Positions 50,801-58,818 of a DNA stretch of 64,000 bases are shown piece after piece. The position numbers and the translations under genes are program-made. The notes under the pieces were generated by a model. It was not told the origin of the DNA, did not search any database, and saw only the letters and a list, made by a program, of their open reading frames with translations. Source of the DNA: a virus (lineage: Duplodnaviria > Heunggongvirae > Uroviricota > Caudoviricetes); IMG/VR virus record IMGVR_UViG_3300021431_000002; one strand, written 5' to 3'. Positions within the stretch are counted from its first letter, which is position 1. Each line of letters opens with the position of its first letter.

Positions 50801-51098
50801 TCTTTTTTTCATCTTGATTATAGCCTATTTCTTGGATAAGTTGGTTAACAACAATATCCTCTAGTTTTGCAGCACCAATCAAGTTTCCAAGGGAATTGGT
50901 GAAAGTATAAGAATCTAGACCTTTGTCATAACTGACCCCAAAAAAACCGTTGTAAAGAATATAGTTTATCTTTTCAATAATTTCCTTACTTGAGGCAGAA
51001 CCACCAGTTATGGCGTTACAAATCATGGCTGACTCAGTTGTTAAACTATTCTGCTCTCTGTAGCCATAAGGTTGCTGAATTCTATTATTTCTACTCAT
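47880..51098 (-). CDS. Long repeat-containing fibre-like virion protein
   Basis: About 1070 aa; EVSARTDEDQKIW repeats, ExxAR coiled coils, and the YD..IEY..LIQEW module shared with 13193..17236. Confidence 0.7.
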   Translation of the reverse strand: MSRNNRIQQPYGYREQNSLTTESAMICNAITGGSASSKEIIEKINYILYNGFFGVSYDKGLDSYTFTNSLGNLIGAAKLEDIVVNQLIQEIGYNQDEKKIFIKLENDETIEIPLDTLVNQVNSLVEDEAILRKEEDDKIWDAIGEIGTSGSSIVEMIENEISARTKGDEDLWEALNQEVSARTDGDSVIDERLEEEVSARTDEDQKIWGAIGEIGASGSSIIELINNEVSARTDEDQKIWGAIGEIGVSGTSIVEMIENEISARTDEDQKIWDALSAETEARKNEDILNTNKIEEEVSARTDEDQKIWDAIGEIGASGSSIIELINNEVSARTEGDEDILETLNQEISARTEGDAAINEELDQEKLDRSAADGELEGKIDTEKTEREAADNELDGKIAAEKNARLYWDNQLSGDVKTEKTEREAEDKAIWAALSAETEAREVADEALSSSIEANKVSVIKVETALPSNVKEAYELKNTSGEVLGARINIYKDSSLKDVELTDHDDSGHTGQFLMLTYILEDGTEKVEYLDVSQFLVDAEFKDGLVVNNAGEVRVKIDPATETYISVSQNGVKVSGIDAIAQNLANEIANRGNADTRLETLITTESTARLNADNDLNNAITAETAARESADSEFNVKLSNEKAERAENDRTLSTLINTEINNRTSADQTLNRTLTQVSTDLANEISSRSSGDSNLQEQVNALKTADTEIKSNISNVEDSLANEINNRAQAEADLQLQINKKANSVDVYYKTEVDSTFATKSEIPIDFYSKAEVDEKDNAIKQQLNAEAATREAEDVRLNNAITAETSSREAADTALQNNIDALETQLNSKLVEVKAKDTSISVDNTNATKPEIKVNISTEVDQIVKLNADGIYAKSILDYDEEHNILIYTNTTGTTTIALKTKSEIDRIYYDKPNERIVIEYTVNGTRKEDVYVPVHDLIQEWRTEDGNIGAIALTKDVIVPDADVLKARLILNTAHGDNAAIIDDNSLYVSKNAIVSGVTEEINTLKARVATLEAALQLATQENTRQSQRIIQVEQKNASQDDQITEINTKNQSQDESIQDLINYINVNTEP
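50040..50690. repeat. Intragenic tandem/dispersed repeats
   Basis: 50101-50220 and 50401-50520 are identical except for 2 nt; further partial units encode SARTDEDQKIWxAIGEIGxSGxSI. Confidence 0.9.
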
Positions 51099-51216
51099 TT
51101 TCAAATATATTATATAAATAAATTATTATTTTTCTTATTATATAAATATTATTTAATTTTTAATAATATATTAGAAAAGAAATTAAATAAAGAAAAGAAA
51201 ATAAAACTAAATACAT

Positions 51217-51248
51217 TTTGTTTTTTAACATTTTTTTATATATCTTTG
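51217..51248 (+). promoter_or_regulatory. Bacteroidota sigmaA-type promoter heading the metabolic operon
   Basis: TTTG (51217), 20 nt spacer, TATCTTTG (51241-51248). Confidence 0.75.
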
Positions 51249-51263
51249 CACTAAAGTTTAAAA

Positions 51264-51839
51264 ATGTTAAATATGATTACAACAGAAACAAAAGAAAAAA
51301 ATTTAAAATTATTTTTCAAAAAATTATCTCAACTTGGTATTGAAACTTCATACCTTGAGGAAAAATATGGTAATAACATCTTGAATGGTAGTTTTACTAA
51401 TTCCAATGAATTTGGAAACGCATATGAGGGTTCATTACTTGAAATTATACTAAAAACTCTTACTCCTTATGCAGTTAAATTAAATGAACTATTACCAGAT
51501 GAGAAAAAAGTAGATAAAAACACATTAGTAAAAATTTGTTTGCTGCATCAACTCGCAAAGGCTATTAGACTTGTACCAAATGATAATTCTTGGGAAATTG
51601 AGAAAAGAGGTTTAATTTACAAATATGATAATGAACTTCCTTCAATTAGAACTGGATTACACTCATTGATTCTGTGCCAAAACTGTGGGATTGGGTTTAC
51701 TGCCGAAGAAGCAGAAGCAATGACTGTCAATGACAGGGATTTAACAGATGACCAAGCAAGGTGGCATTCTAGTATTATGTCAACGATTGTGAGACAAGCA
51801 AGCGAACTAACTTATTTAACCTTAAATGACAAAAAATAA
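51264..51839 (+). CDS. HD-domain-like protein (degenerate)
   Basis: AYEGSL...ICLLHQLAKA...EEAEAM; HD reads HQ. Confidence 0.55.
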   Translation: MLNMITTETKEKNLKLFFKKLSQLGIETSYLEEKYGNNILNGSFTNSNEFGNAYEGSLLEIILKTLTPYAVKLNELLPDEKKVDKNTLVKICLLHQLAKAIRLVPNDNSWEIEKRGLIYKYDNELPSIRTGLHSLILCQNCGIGFTAEEAEAMTVNDRDLTDDQARWHSSIMSTIVRQASELTYLTLNDKK

Positions 51840-52495
51840 TGGATATTAAAGATTACGATGATAGGAAAGATTTCATCACATATGCAAAAGAAGCAATTGG
51901 TCAAACACCGTTGAAAATCAAAATAAAAAAACTTGAAAAAAACGCCATAATACCAACGTATGCGCATGATGGAGACGTTGGCATGGACTTAACCGCAATA
52001 TCTGTAGAATATGATAGGGAAAATGATATGTACATATATCATACTGGAATTGCCGTAGAATCAGAAAAACATTACGGGATATTTTTATTCCCTAGAAGTT
52101 CAAACAGAAAAACAGATGCTTATTTATGCAACCATGTGGGAATTGTGGATTCAGCGATATATAGAGGGGAGATTATGTTCTGCTATAAAAATAGAACATC
52201 ATTGGAAACTTTAGCAAATAATGGAAAAATGAACTATTTTTTTAATAGTTCTTGGAAACCATTTACCGTTTCTAGTGAAGATACAGTTACATTCACATGG
52301 AATGAGACAATTAAATCGGCTAATGATGCTGGAAATTGGATTCTTGATAATCCGATGAATTTTGCCCCATATAAGGTTGGGGATAGAATAGGGCAGATGG
52401 TAGTTTTGCCATACCCAAATGTAAAAATAACCGAAGTAGCTGAACTTTCTGAAACTGAAAGAGGCTCAAACGGATTTGGTTCAACTGGAAATTAA
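51839..52495 (+). CDS. dut: Trimeric dUTPase with internal insertion
   Basis: GDVGMDL, TGI, PRSS, GIVDSAIYRGEI, GDRIGQ, RGSNGFGSTG. Confidence 0.92.
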   Translation: MDIKDYDDRKDFITYAKEAIGQTPLKIKIKKLEKNAIIPTYAHDGDVGMDLTAISVEYDRENDMYIYHTGIAVESEKHYGIFLFPRSSNRKTDAYLCNHVGIVDSAIYRGEIMFCYKNRTSLETLANNGKMNYFFNSSWKPFTVSSEDTVTFTWNETIKSANDAGNWILDNPMNFAPYKVGDRIGQMVVLPYPNVKITEVAELSETERGSNGFGSTGN

Positions 52496-53031
52496 TGAGT
52501 ATATTAGAAGTATTTTTTTGGTTTTGCAAAGAACAAAAAATAATGGATGTGATTTTCAAGAAATATCACGAAGAAACGCCTTTTTTTTGGGAATATTCTG
52601 AAAATAATGGAGTAAATCAAAAATATCTGTCTTTGGAAAACGCTATAGAAGAATATTGCATTTCTTCTAAAATTGATACTATATTTTGGAGATTGTTCTC
52701 CAACACGACAGACGATAATGAACGATATAAAAAAGCAAGAGCCAAATGGACTAAGTTCTCGAAAAATAACATTTTATTTTCAGACCAATTTGTAAAAGTT
52801 GGCGATACAATTGAATTTGACCTATGCTTCCCAAGACGTATACCCTTACATGGTGTAGTGTCTGAAATACCAAAAACATTTAATGGGTCAGTTTTGGTTC
52901 GTTTGGATAATGGGGAGGAAAAAGCAGTTGGTTTGTTAAGCAGAAGTGACTTAAAAATAAACGGTGAGGAAAGAACACCAGAATTTTACATTAAAAGAAG
53001 ACGAAAACTATATGGGGCTAATAAAAGATAA
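52495..53031 (+). CDS. Hypothetical protein (possible C-terminal SH3/KOW-like barrel)
   Basis: 178 aa, coupled; VKVGDTIEF..GVVSEI..VLVRLDNG. Confidence 0.6.
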   Translation: MSILEVFFWFCKEQKIMDVIFKKYHEETPFFWEYSENNGVNQKYLSLENAIEEYCISSKIDTIFWRLFSNTTDDNERYKKARAKWTKFSKNNILFSDQFVKVGDTIEFDLCFPRRIPLHGVVSEIPKTFNGSVLVRLDNGEEKAVGLLSRSDLKINGEERTPEFYIKRRRKLYGANKR

Positions 53032-54136
53032 AATTTATTATACTTATGAAGATGTTACTATAATGCCTAATATTTTGAGTGCAATAGAGCATCGTAAAGA
53101 GTGTATCCCATTTGACGAAAATGGGATGTTGCCTCTTTTCACAGCACCAATGGATTGTGTTGTTAGTAAAAAAAATTTTAAACAGTTTGAAAACGAAATG
53201 ATTTATGCCATCTTACCTAGAACTGAGTCTATTAAAGATAGAGTTGACTATTCGGTAAAAGGAAGATGGGCTGCATATTCAATGACTGAATTTGAAACAA
53301 TATTTTGCAACGAAAAAGAGCCATTAGAACAAAACACCACACTTAAAGCCTTAATCGACATTGCAAATGGGCACATGGAAAAAAGTGTTCATTTGGTTAG
53401 GGCAGCAAAAAACATTTACGGTGATAATATAGTCATAATGGTTGGAAACATTGCTAATCCAGAAACATATGAGGAATACGCTAGGGTTGGTGCTGACTAT
53501 ATAAGAATTGGCATAGGTGGCGGTCGTGGATGTCTCTCATCTTCTAACACTGGAATTCACACCCCAATGGCAACACTAATTGATGATACCGTAGAAGTTA
53601 GAAAAAGGATAGAAAACAAATATAAAAAGTTACCAAAAATTATTGCAGATGGTGGAATTAGAAACTATCGTGATATAATTAAAGCATTAGCACTAGGGGC
53701 TGATTATGCAATGATTGGTAGTGTGTTTGCTAAAATGCTTGAATCAGCAGCACCTAAAACTGTTAATAGTGATGAATGGTATAAATTACCTTTACGGACT
53801 GAACTAGAAGATTTAAATGAGTTTATTTTTGATGATGTTGGATGGAGGGCAAAATATAAAGGAAAAGAAATATTCTTAGGAGATATTAAGGCAACCTTTT
53901 ACGGAATGGCTTCTAGAGAGGGACAAATTGCATTAAATGGTGCTAAAACAAAAACAAGTGAGGGTTTGAAAACAACATTACCAGTACTATATACAATGCA
54001 CGGTTGGGCAACAAATTTCATGGATTATCTTTGCTCTGCAATGTCATATTTAGGAGTATTTACATTAGAAGAAATGAAAAAATATTCTACTGTAATAATT
54101 AATTCAAATAATGCGGTTTCTGCTGTTAATAAATAA
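53012..54136 (+). CDS. IMP dehydrogenase / GMP reductase family (no CBS domains)
   Basis: APMD, IDIANGH, GNIA, GIGGGRGC, IADGGI, ALGAD, FYGMAS, SAMSYLG. Confidence 0.88.
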   Translation: MGLIKDKIYYTYEDVTIMPNILSAIEHRKECIPFDENGMLPLFTAPMDCVVSKKNFKQFENEMIYAILPRTESIKDRVDYSVKGRWAAYSMTEFETIFCNEKEPLEQNTTLKALIDIANGHMEKSVHLVRAAKNIYGDNIVIMVGNIANPETYEEYARVGADYIRIGIGGGRGCLSSSNTGIHTPMATLIDDTVEVRKRIENKYKKLPKIIADGGIRNYRDIIKALALGADYAMIGSVFAKMLESAAPKTVNSDEWYKLPLRTELEDLNEFIFDDVGWRAKYKGKEIFLGDIKATFYGMASREGQIALNGAKTKTSEGLKTTLPVLYTMHGWATNFMDYLCSAMSYLGVFTLEEMKKYSTVIINSNNAVSAVNK

Positions 54137-54198
54137 TAATAAAAAAATGTGTTCAAAGATTGATTTTTTTGAACACATTTTTATTTTTTATAAAAAGT

Positions 54199-54894
54199 AT
54201 GGAAAATAAAATAACTGTCATTTTTTGTTCTAAGAAAAAAGGTGAGGAAAATAAAGGATTTATCGAGCATATTAGGGAAACTTGTGGATGTGATTTAAAC
54301 GTCATATGCGTTCATAATCCAGATGGATTGTCATTATCTAAAATATATGCTGATATGGTCGTGTCAGAAGATATTGAAACAAATATCATTTTGTTTATAC
54401 ATGATGATATAGAATTTTTGAGGAAAGGATGGGGTAAAGAACTTTTACGTCTTTTTAACGAGAACAAAGACTATGGAATAATCGGTGTTGCTGGCTCTGC
54501 TCAATTTGATGAAAACGGTGCTTGGTGGAATTATGAAAAGAAATTCGGTCAAGTACTCCATAGATGGGAAGGTAAATCATGGCTTACAGCATTTTCGCCA
54601 CTTCTTGAAAAAGATTTACAAGAGGTTGTTGTGATTGATGGTCTTTTTATTGGTGTTCACAAAAAGAGAATATCAGAAAATTTCAGTAGAGAACTTTCTG
54701 GATTTGATTTTTATGATATATATTTTTGCTTATCCAATTTCTTTAAGAAGAAATGCAAGATTGGTGTGACTACGAACATTAGGCTTGCGCACAATTCAAT
54801 AGGGAAACTTAAAGATACATGGTATAAAAATAGAGAAATTATAAATGAGAAATTTGGCAATAAATTTCCAATTGATATATTAAAAAAGAAATAA
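54199..54894 (+). CDS. GT-A glycosyltransferase-like (Glyco_tranf_2_5-like)
   Basis: SLSKIY..FIHDDIEF..GVAG..IDGLF..FDFYD. Confidence 0.75.
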   Translation: MENKITVIFCSKKKGEENKGFIEHIRETCGCDLNVICVHNPDGLSLSKIYADMVVSEDIETNIILFIHDDIEFLRKGWGKELLRLFNENKDYGIIGVAGSAQFDENGAWWNYEKKFGQVLHRWEGKSWLTAFSPLLEKDLQEVVVIDGLFIGVHKKRISENFSRELSGFDFYDIYFCLSNFFKKKCKIGVTTNIRLAHNSIGKLKDTWYKNREIINEKFGNKFPIDILKKK

Positions 54895-54895
54895 T

Positions 54896-55174
54896 ATGGA
54901 TACGAACAAAACCCTAGAAAATTTATCTAAAAAAAATCTAGAAAGCCTCACTAGTTTATATGGTATTGTAAACGAAATTTTTTTGGACTATTCTAGAATG
55001 ACAGACGGATATTCGTTGGCTACTGGAGATAAACTATTTGAAAATATGCCTAAAGATATGGAAAATATGATTAAAGATAGGCAGAAATTTCTATTTTATA
55101 GGAATATCGTAAAAGATGCCATAAAAAATAAAATAACAAAAATAATGGAAAATAATGGGATTGAAAAAAATTAA
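54896..55174 (+). CDS. Hypothetical protein
   Basis: 92 aa in operon. Confidence 0.6.
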   Translation: MDTNKTLENLSKKNLESLTSLYGIVNEIFLDYSRMTDGYSLATGDKLFENMPKDMENMIKDRQKFLFYRNIVKDAIKNKITKIMENNGIEKN

Positions 55175-56141
55175 GAAATATTTTTTAAACCTTTTGTATG
55201 GATTACCTCATGGTTTGAGAGCAGCAGATTCAGAAATTATGGGAAGTGGCTCTAAAGATGATTTGGGTACATCAATACACCAAGAAGTTTCTGACCAAAG
55301 AGTTGCAAAACACTTGCTAAAAGGTGAAGTCACGCAAGAAGTTGAAGAATTGCGATATAGAACCTATAAGGTTGCAAATGAATCTGAAAAATACAAGTAT
55401 TTAGGAAATGGCGTGGCGGTAAAAGAAGAAAAAGAAAAGAAACCAACAGATAGGAAAAAATATAAATTCTCTCAAGAAAATGAAAACATATGCGAATCTG
55501 TCCTTGAAGGATTAAACCAAGTCGGAAAATATGGGGTTGAGCGTTATAGATTCGAAATAGATTATGAATCTTTTGTGAGATTTAAAGTTGAAAAATTTGC
55601 AACCAAAGTTGATGTAAACATTAATGATGAAACTGGTTTAATTGAAACCACTTTGCATTTTAACTCTGAACCAAATCCTTACGATGGAGCATCAATGCCA
55701 TTCATTAATGAAATCTCTAAACTTCTTAATGTAAAAAGTGAATACGAGGTTAAAAGAAATGAGATTGCTTCATCAATAAAAAATTTCTCATTTTGTACCT
55801 ATAAAGCAACGAATGAGGATGATTTTGTAACATATAGTTTTGTCAATGGTGGAAAATTCAAAAATTTTGTACGAAATGGGTATGAATTTTTACTGACATT
55901 AACTTGGGATGAGTATATGAGAGTTCCGCTTAATTTGGAAGCAAAATACTATTCAAAGAGTATGGCAGAGAAATATGATAAGAAAGAAAAAAAAGATACC
56001 CCTATTTCCTTGGCAGAGGTTGAAAGGAAAAGATATTGTTCTGTATGCGGAAAAGAAATGTCTGTGTATGATGCAGACATACAAGAGGCAAGCGGTCAAG
56101 AGCCAATTTGTAAAGAATGTATGCAAAAAGCATTGAAATAA
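55155..56141 (+). CDS. Hypothetical protein with C-terminal zinc ribbon
   Basis: 328 aa; CSVC...CKEC. Confidence 0.7.
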   Translation: MGLKKIKKYFLNLLYGLPHGLRAADSEIMGSGSKDDLGTSIHQEVSDQRVAKHLLKGEVTQEVEELRYRTYKVANESEKYKYLGNGVAVKEEKEKKPTDRKKYKFSQENENICESVLEGLNQVGKYGVERYRFEIDYESFVRFKVEKFATKVDVNINDETGLIETTLHFNSEPNPYDGASMPFINEISKLLNVKSEYEVKRNEIASSIKNFSFCTYKATNEDDFVTYSFVNGGKFKNFVRNGYEFLLTLTWDEYMRVPLNLEAKYYSKSMAEKYDKKEKKDTPISLAEVERKRYCSVCGKEMSVYDADIQEASGQEPICKECMQKALK

Positions 56142-56164
56142 TTAAATTATAAAATATATTTTAT

Positions 56165-56764
56165 ATGTTAACGATAGGTGTTGAATTAAATCATGTTGTT
56201 AGAAATATTAACAAACAAATTATAAAATACTACGCAAAAGAGTTTTCTCCTGAAACGGATATTGATGAAATAGATGACAAGGAGGATGTATTTAAGACAT
56301 TCGCTAAATTTAACAGTAATTACGAAAAAAATAATTTCATTTTCATTGATTATCCATATGAAATTTTCGGTTGCGCTAGTACAATGGAAAAAAAATTAGC
56401 TGTTAAAATTACAAACTGGCTCACAGATATATCCAATATTGAAGACGAAGATATTAGAATTGTGTTTTACAGTTTGAATGAAGGTGAACTTAGCATTCAA
56501 TCAACATATTTTTTCTTGAGTAAAATAGGCACAAGAGTTAGAAAGGTATTTTTCCCTAAAAATATTGACGAGGTATGGGATGAATGTGATGTCGTGATAA
56601 CAGCAAGAGACGAGTTTTTTGAAAAAGAAATCCCAGAAGGTAAAAAAGTAGTTTTAATCAACAGACCGTTTAATAAAGAGGCAAAAGATAAAGCATTCTT
56701 AAATTACGATAATTTAAGCGAAATAATAACTGACGAAGATTTTTTTAACAAATTAAAAGGATGA
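56165..56764 (+). CDS. 5'(3')-deoxyribonucleotidase-like HAD-fold protein (degenerate)
   Basis: IGVELNHVVRN resembles IxxDxDGVxxD; ends with VLINRPFN; catalytic DxD absent. Confidence 0.5.
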   Translation: MLTIGVELNHVVRNINKQIIKYYAKEFSPETDIDEIDDKEDVFKTFAKFNSNYEKNNFIFIDYPYEIFGCASTMEKKLAVKITNWLTDISNIEDEDIRIVFYSLNEGELSIQSTYFFLSKIGTRVRKVFFPKNIDEVWDECDVVITARDEFFEKEIPEGKKVVLINRPFNKEAKDKAFLNYDNLSEIITDEDFFNKLKG

Positions 56765-57096
56765 AACAAAACACATTTATTTTTGACATCAACAAAATAA
56801 CTGATTTTGTGTTTGGCAATCCAAATGAAAGAACCAATGATGTTGAGATTACGGAAAATTACATTTTTGACAAAAAGTTGGACAAGATGATTCCAAACAC
56901 TAAAGAAGTAAAAGAGGTAAAAGTAAATGACTATACTGGTCAAAATACTATTCGTTATGACCTTGTTAAAACATTTATTGATATTTTGGATGCTGTAGAA
57001 GACCCAAATATTATGTCTTTAGGACAAAGCATTACATACAATACAATGCAAGCATATGAATTAATTAAAGATATAAAAAATACCGACAATGAGTGA
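56761..57096 (+). CDS. Hypothetical protein
   Basis: 111 aa in operon. Confidence 0.6.
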   Translation: MKQNTFIFDINKITDFVFGNPNERTNDVEITENYIFDKKLDKMIPNTKEVKEVKVNDYTGQNTIRYDLVKTFIDILDAVEDPNIMSLGQSITYNTMQAYELIKDIKNTDNE

Positions 57097-58180
57097 AAAA
57101 AATTTAAAGATTATTGAAAACATTGAAAAGGAAATTTCAAAAATAGATAAGAAAGAAAACAGAATCTTCTTTTTCGTAATTGATACAAAGGGTGTACCAA
57201 GTGGTAGCCTAGAGTATATCTACAACCTTGCATTGATATGTAAAGAAGAAGGTTACGATGTAAGTATGCTACATACAGAAGAAGAGTTTGTTGGAGTTGG
57301 AGCATGGCTTGATGAAAAATATGCTAATCTTCCACATTATAATGTAAACAAGGGAGAGGTTGGAACATCACCATCTGACTTGCTGTTTATACCTGAGATT
57401 TATTCACAAGTTATGAACCAGACAAAGCAGCTTCCTTGTAAGAGAGTTGCTATCCTTCAGAATTACAATTACTTGGTAGAACAAATGCCTTATGTCGCTC
57501 AGTGGGGTGATTTCGGAATTATGGAAGGAATAACTAATTCAGATTATCAAGCAGCAGAACTTAATGAGTCATTTCCATATGTTAAACTTAGAAAAATTAC
57601 ACCGTTTATCTCTAAAATTTTTGGTAAAACAAATGAGCCAAAGAAAATGGTAGTTAATGTAATCGCTAAGGACCAGTCAAATATTAAGAAAATTGTAAAA
57701 CCATTCTATTGGAAATATCCAATGTTTAAATGGGTTTCATTTAAAGAGCTCAGGAATCTATCCAAAGAAGACTTTGCAAAAGCATTGCGTGAGGGTGCTA
57801 TAACTGTTATTGTTGACGAGGATGCAAGTTTCTGTTATTCTGCTCTTGAGTCCGTTAAAAGCGGTTCAATTACAATGTGTAAAGTTCCCGAAACGGAATG
57901 GGATTGGGCTTCTAATGAAGATGGTATATTACCAAATTGCTGCGTCTGGTTTAACGACTATGATACATTGCACAAGCAATTAGCAAGTGTTGTTCGTTCA
58001 TGGATTACAGATAAAGTTCCTACAGTACTTGATGAGGAAGGAAAGAAAGTTTTAGATAGTTTCTCTTATGACAAAACCAAGGGAGAAATGCTTTCTTATG
58101 TGAATGATGTCCTAGGCAGAAGAAAGAAAGAAATGGAAGAACTTATCATACAAATTAAGGCGAAAAAAGAGGAAGAGTAA
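57089..58180 (+). CDS. GT-B glycosyltransferase-like protein
   Basis: PSGSLEYIY..LFIPEI..ILQNYNY..LSKEDFAKALRE..DEDASFCYSALES. Confidence 0.6.
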   Translation: MSEKNLKIIENIEKEISKIDKKENRIFFFVIDTKGVPSGSLEYIYNLALICKEEGYDVSMLHTEEEFVGVGAWLDEKYANLPHYNVNKGEVGTSPSDLLFIPEIYSQVMNQTKQLPCKRVAILQNYNYLVEQMPYVAQWGDFGIMEGITNSDYQAAELNESFPYVKLRKITPFISKIFGKTNEPKKMVVNVIAKDQSNIKKIVKPFYWKYPMFKWVSFKELRNLSKEDFAKALREGAITVIVDEDASFCYSALESVKSGSITMCKVPETEWDWASNEDGILPNCCVWFNDYDTLHKQLASVVRSWITDKVPTVLDEEGKKVLDSFSYDKTKGEMLSYVNDVLGRRKKEMEELIIQIKAKKEEE

Positions 58181-58818
58181 TGAAAGAACTTTTAAAAAGC
58201 AATACAGTTGGATACATTAACCCAGATGTGTCAATTTGTGTTCATAAATATGAACAAGCCAAAAAAAGTGGGAAGATGGATGACCGACTCAAGGATTATT
58301 TTGATAGATGGGATAAATTAGGATTTTTACAAGGCTCTCCAGATGATAGGAAGGAAGAGTTGGCATTTGCTTATGAGCAACTTGCAATATTCTTGATTTA
58401 CTGTGAGAGTGACCAAACAGATAGGTTATTTGAACGTGATGATAATGCGTATAATGCATTCGAGACTATTGGTTTCCCAATGACAAGAAGAGTTGTTGAA
58501 AAATTAGAGCCAAATGAATTTGATTTCCAAAAATTTTTGAAATATTGTAAGGAGATTAACCCAAAAGACATTCTACATGATATTGAAAAATTAAATCCTA
58601 GGGTAGGACCACACAACAAAAGAAAATATTTACAGATAGATAATGAGGCAGAAGCAGTCGCATTATGCTGTGATATGATTGTGGAGAAATTCAACAATCC
58701 AAATAAAGATAGTGGAACTATTAAGAACGAGCATTTTGAAAAATTTAATAAACTAATAGAAGAGAAAAAAGAAAAATTAAAGAATGAAAGAGCTAGTGGT
58801 GATAATACCAATGAATGA
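58180..58818 (+). CDS. Protein containing a gp23/major-capsid N-terminal-like segment
   Basis: RWDKLGFLQG..K..LA..YEQ.A..L...FETIGFPMTRRV. Confidence 0.5.
   Translation: MKELLKSNTVGYINPDVSICVHKYEQAKKSGKMDDRLKDYFDRWDKLGFLQGSPDDRKEELAFAYEQLAIFLIYCESDQTDRLFERDDNAYNAFETIGFPMTRRVVEKLEPNEFDFQKFLKYCKEINPKDILHDIEKLNPRVGPHNKRKYLQIDNEAEAVALCCDMIVEKFNNPNKDSGTIKNEHFEKFNKLIEEKKEKLKNERASGDNTNE

Noticed and set aside
937-51148. Canonical T4 late promoters (TATAAATA) driving plus-strand transcription
   Set aside because: The TATAAATA copies point away from the adjacent structural genes; the motif tracks gene orientation as sense TATTTATA.
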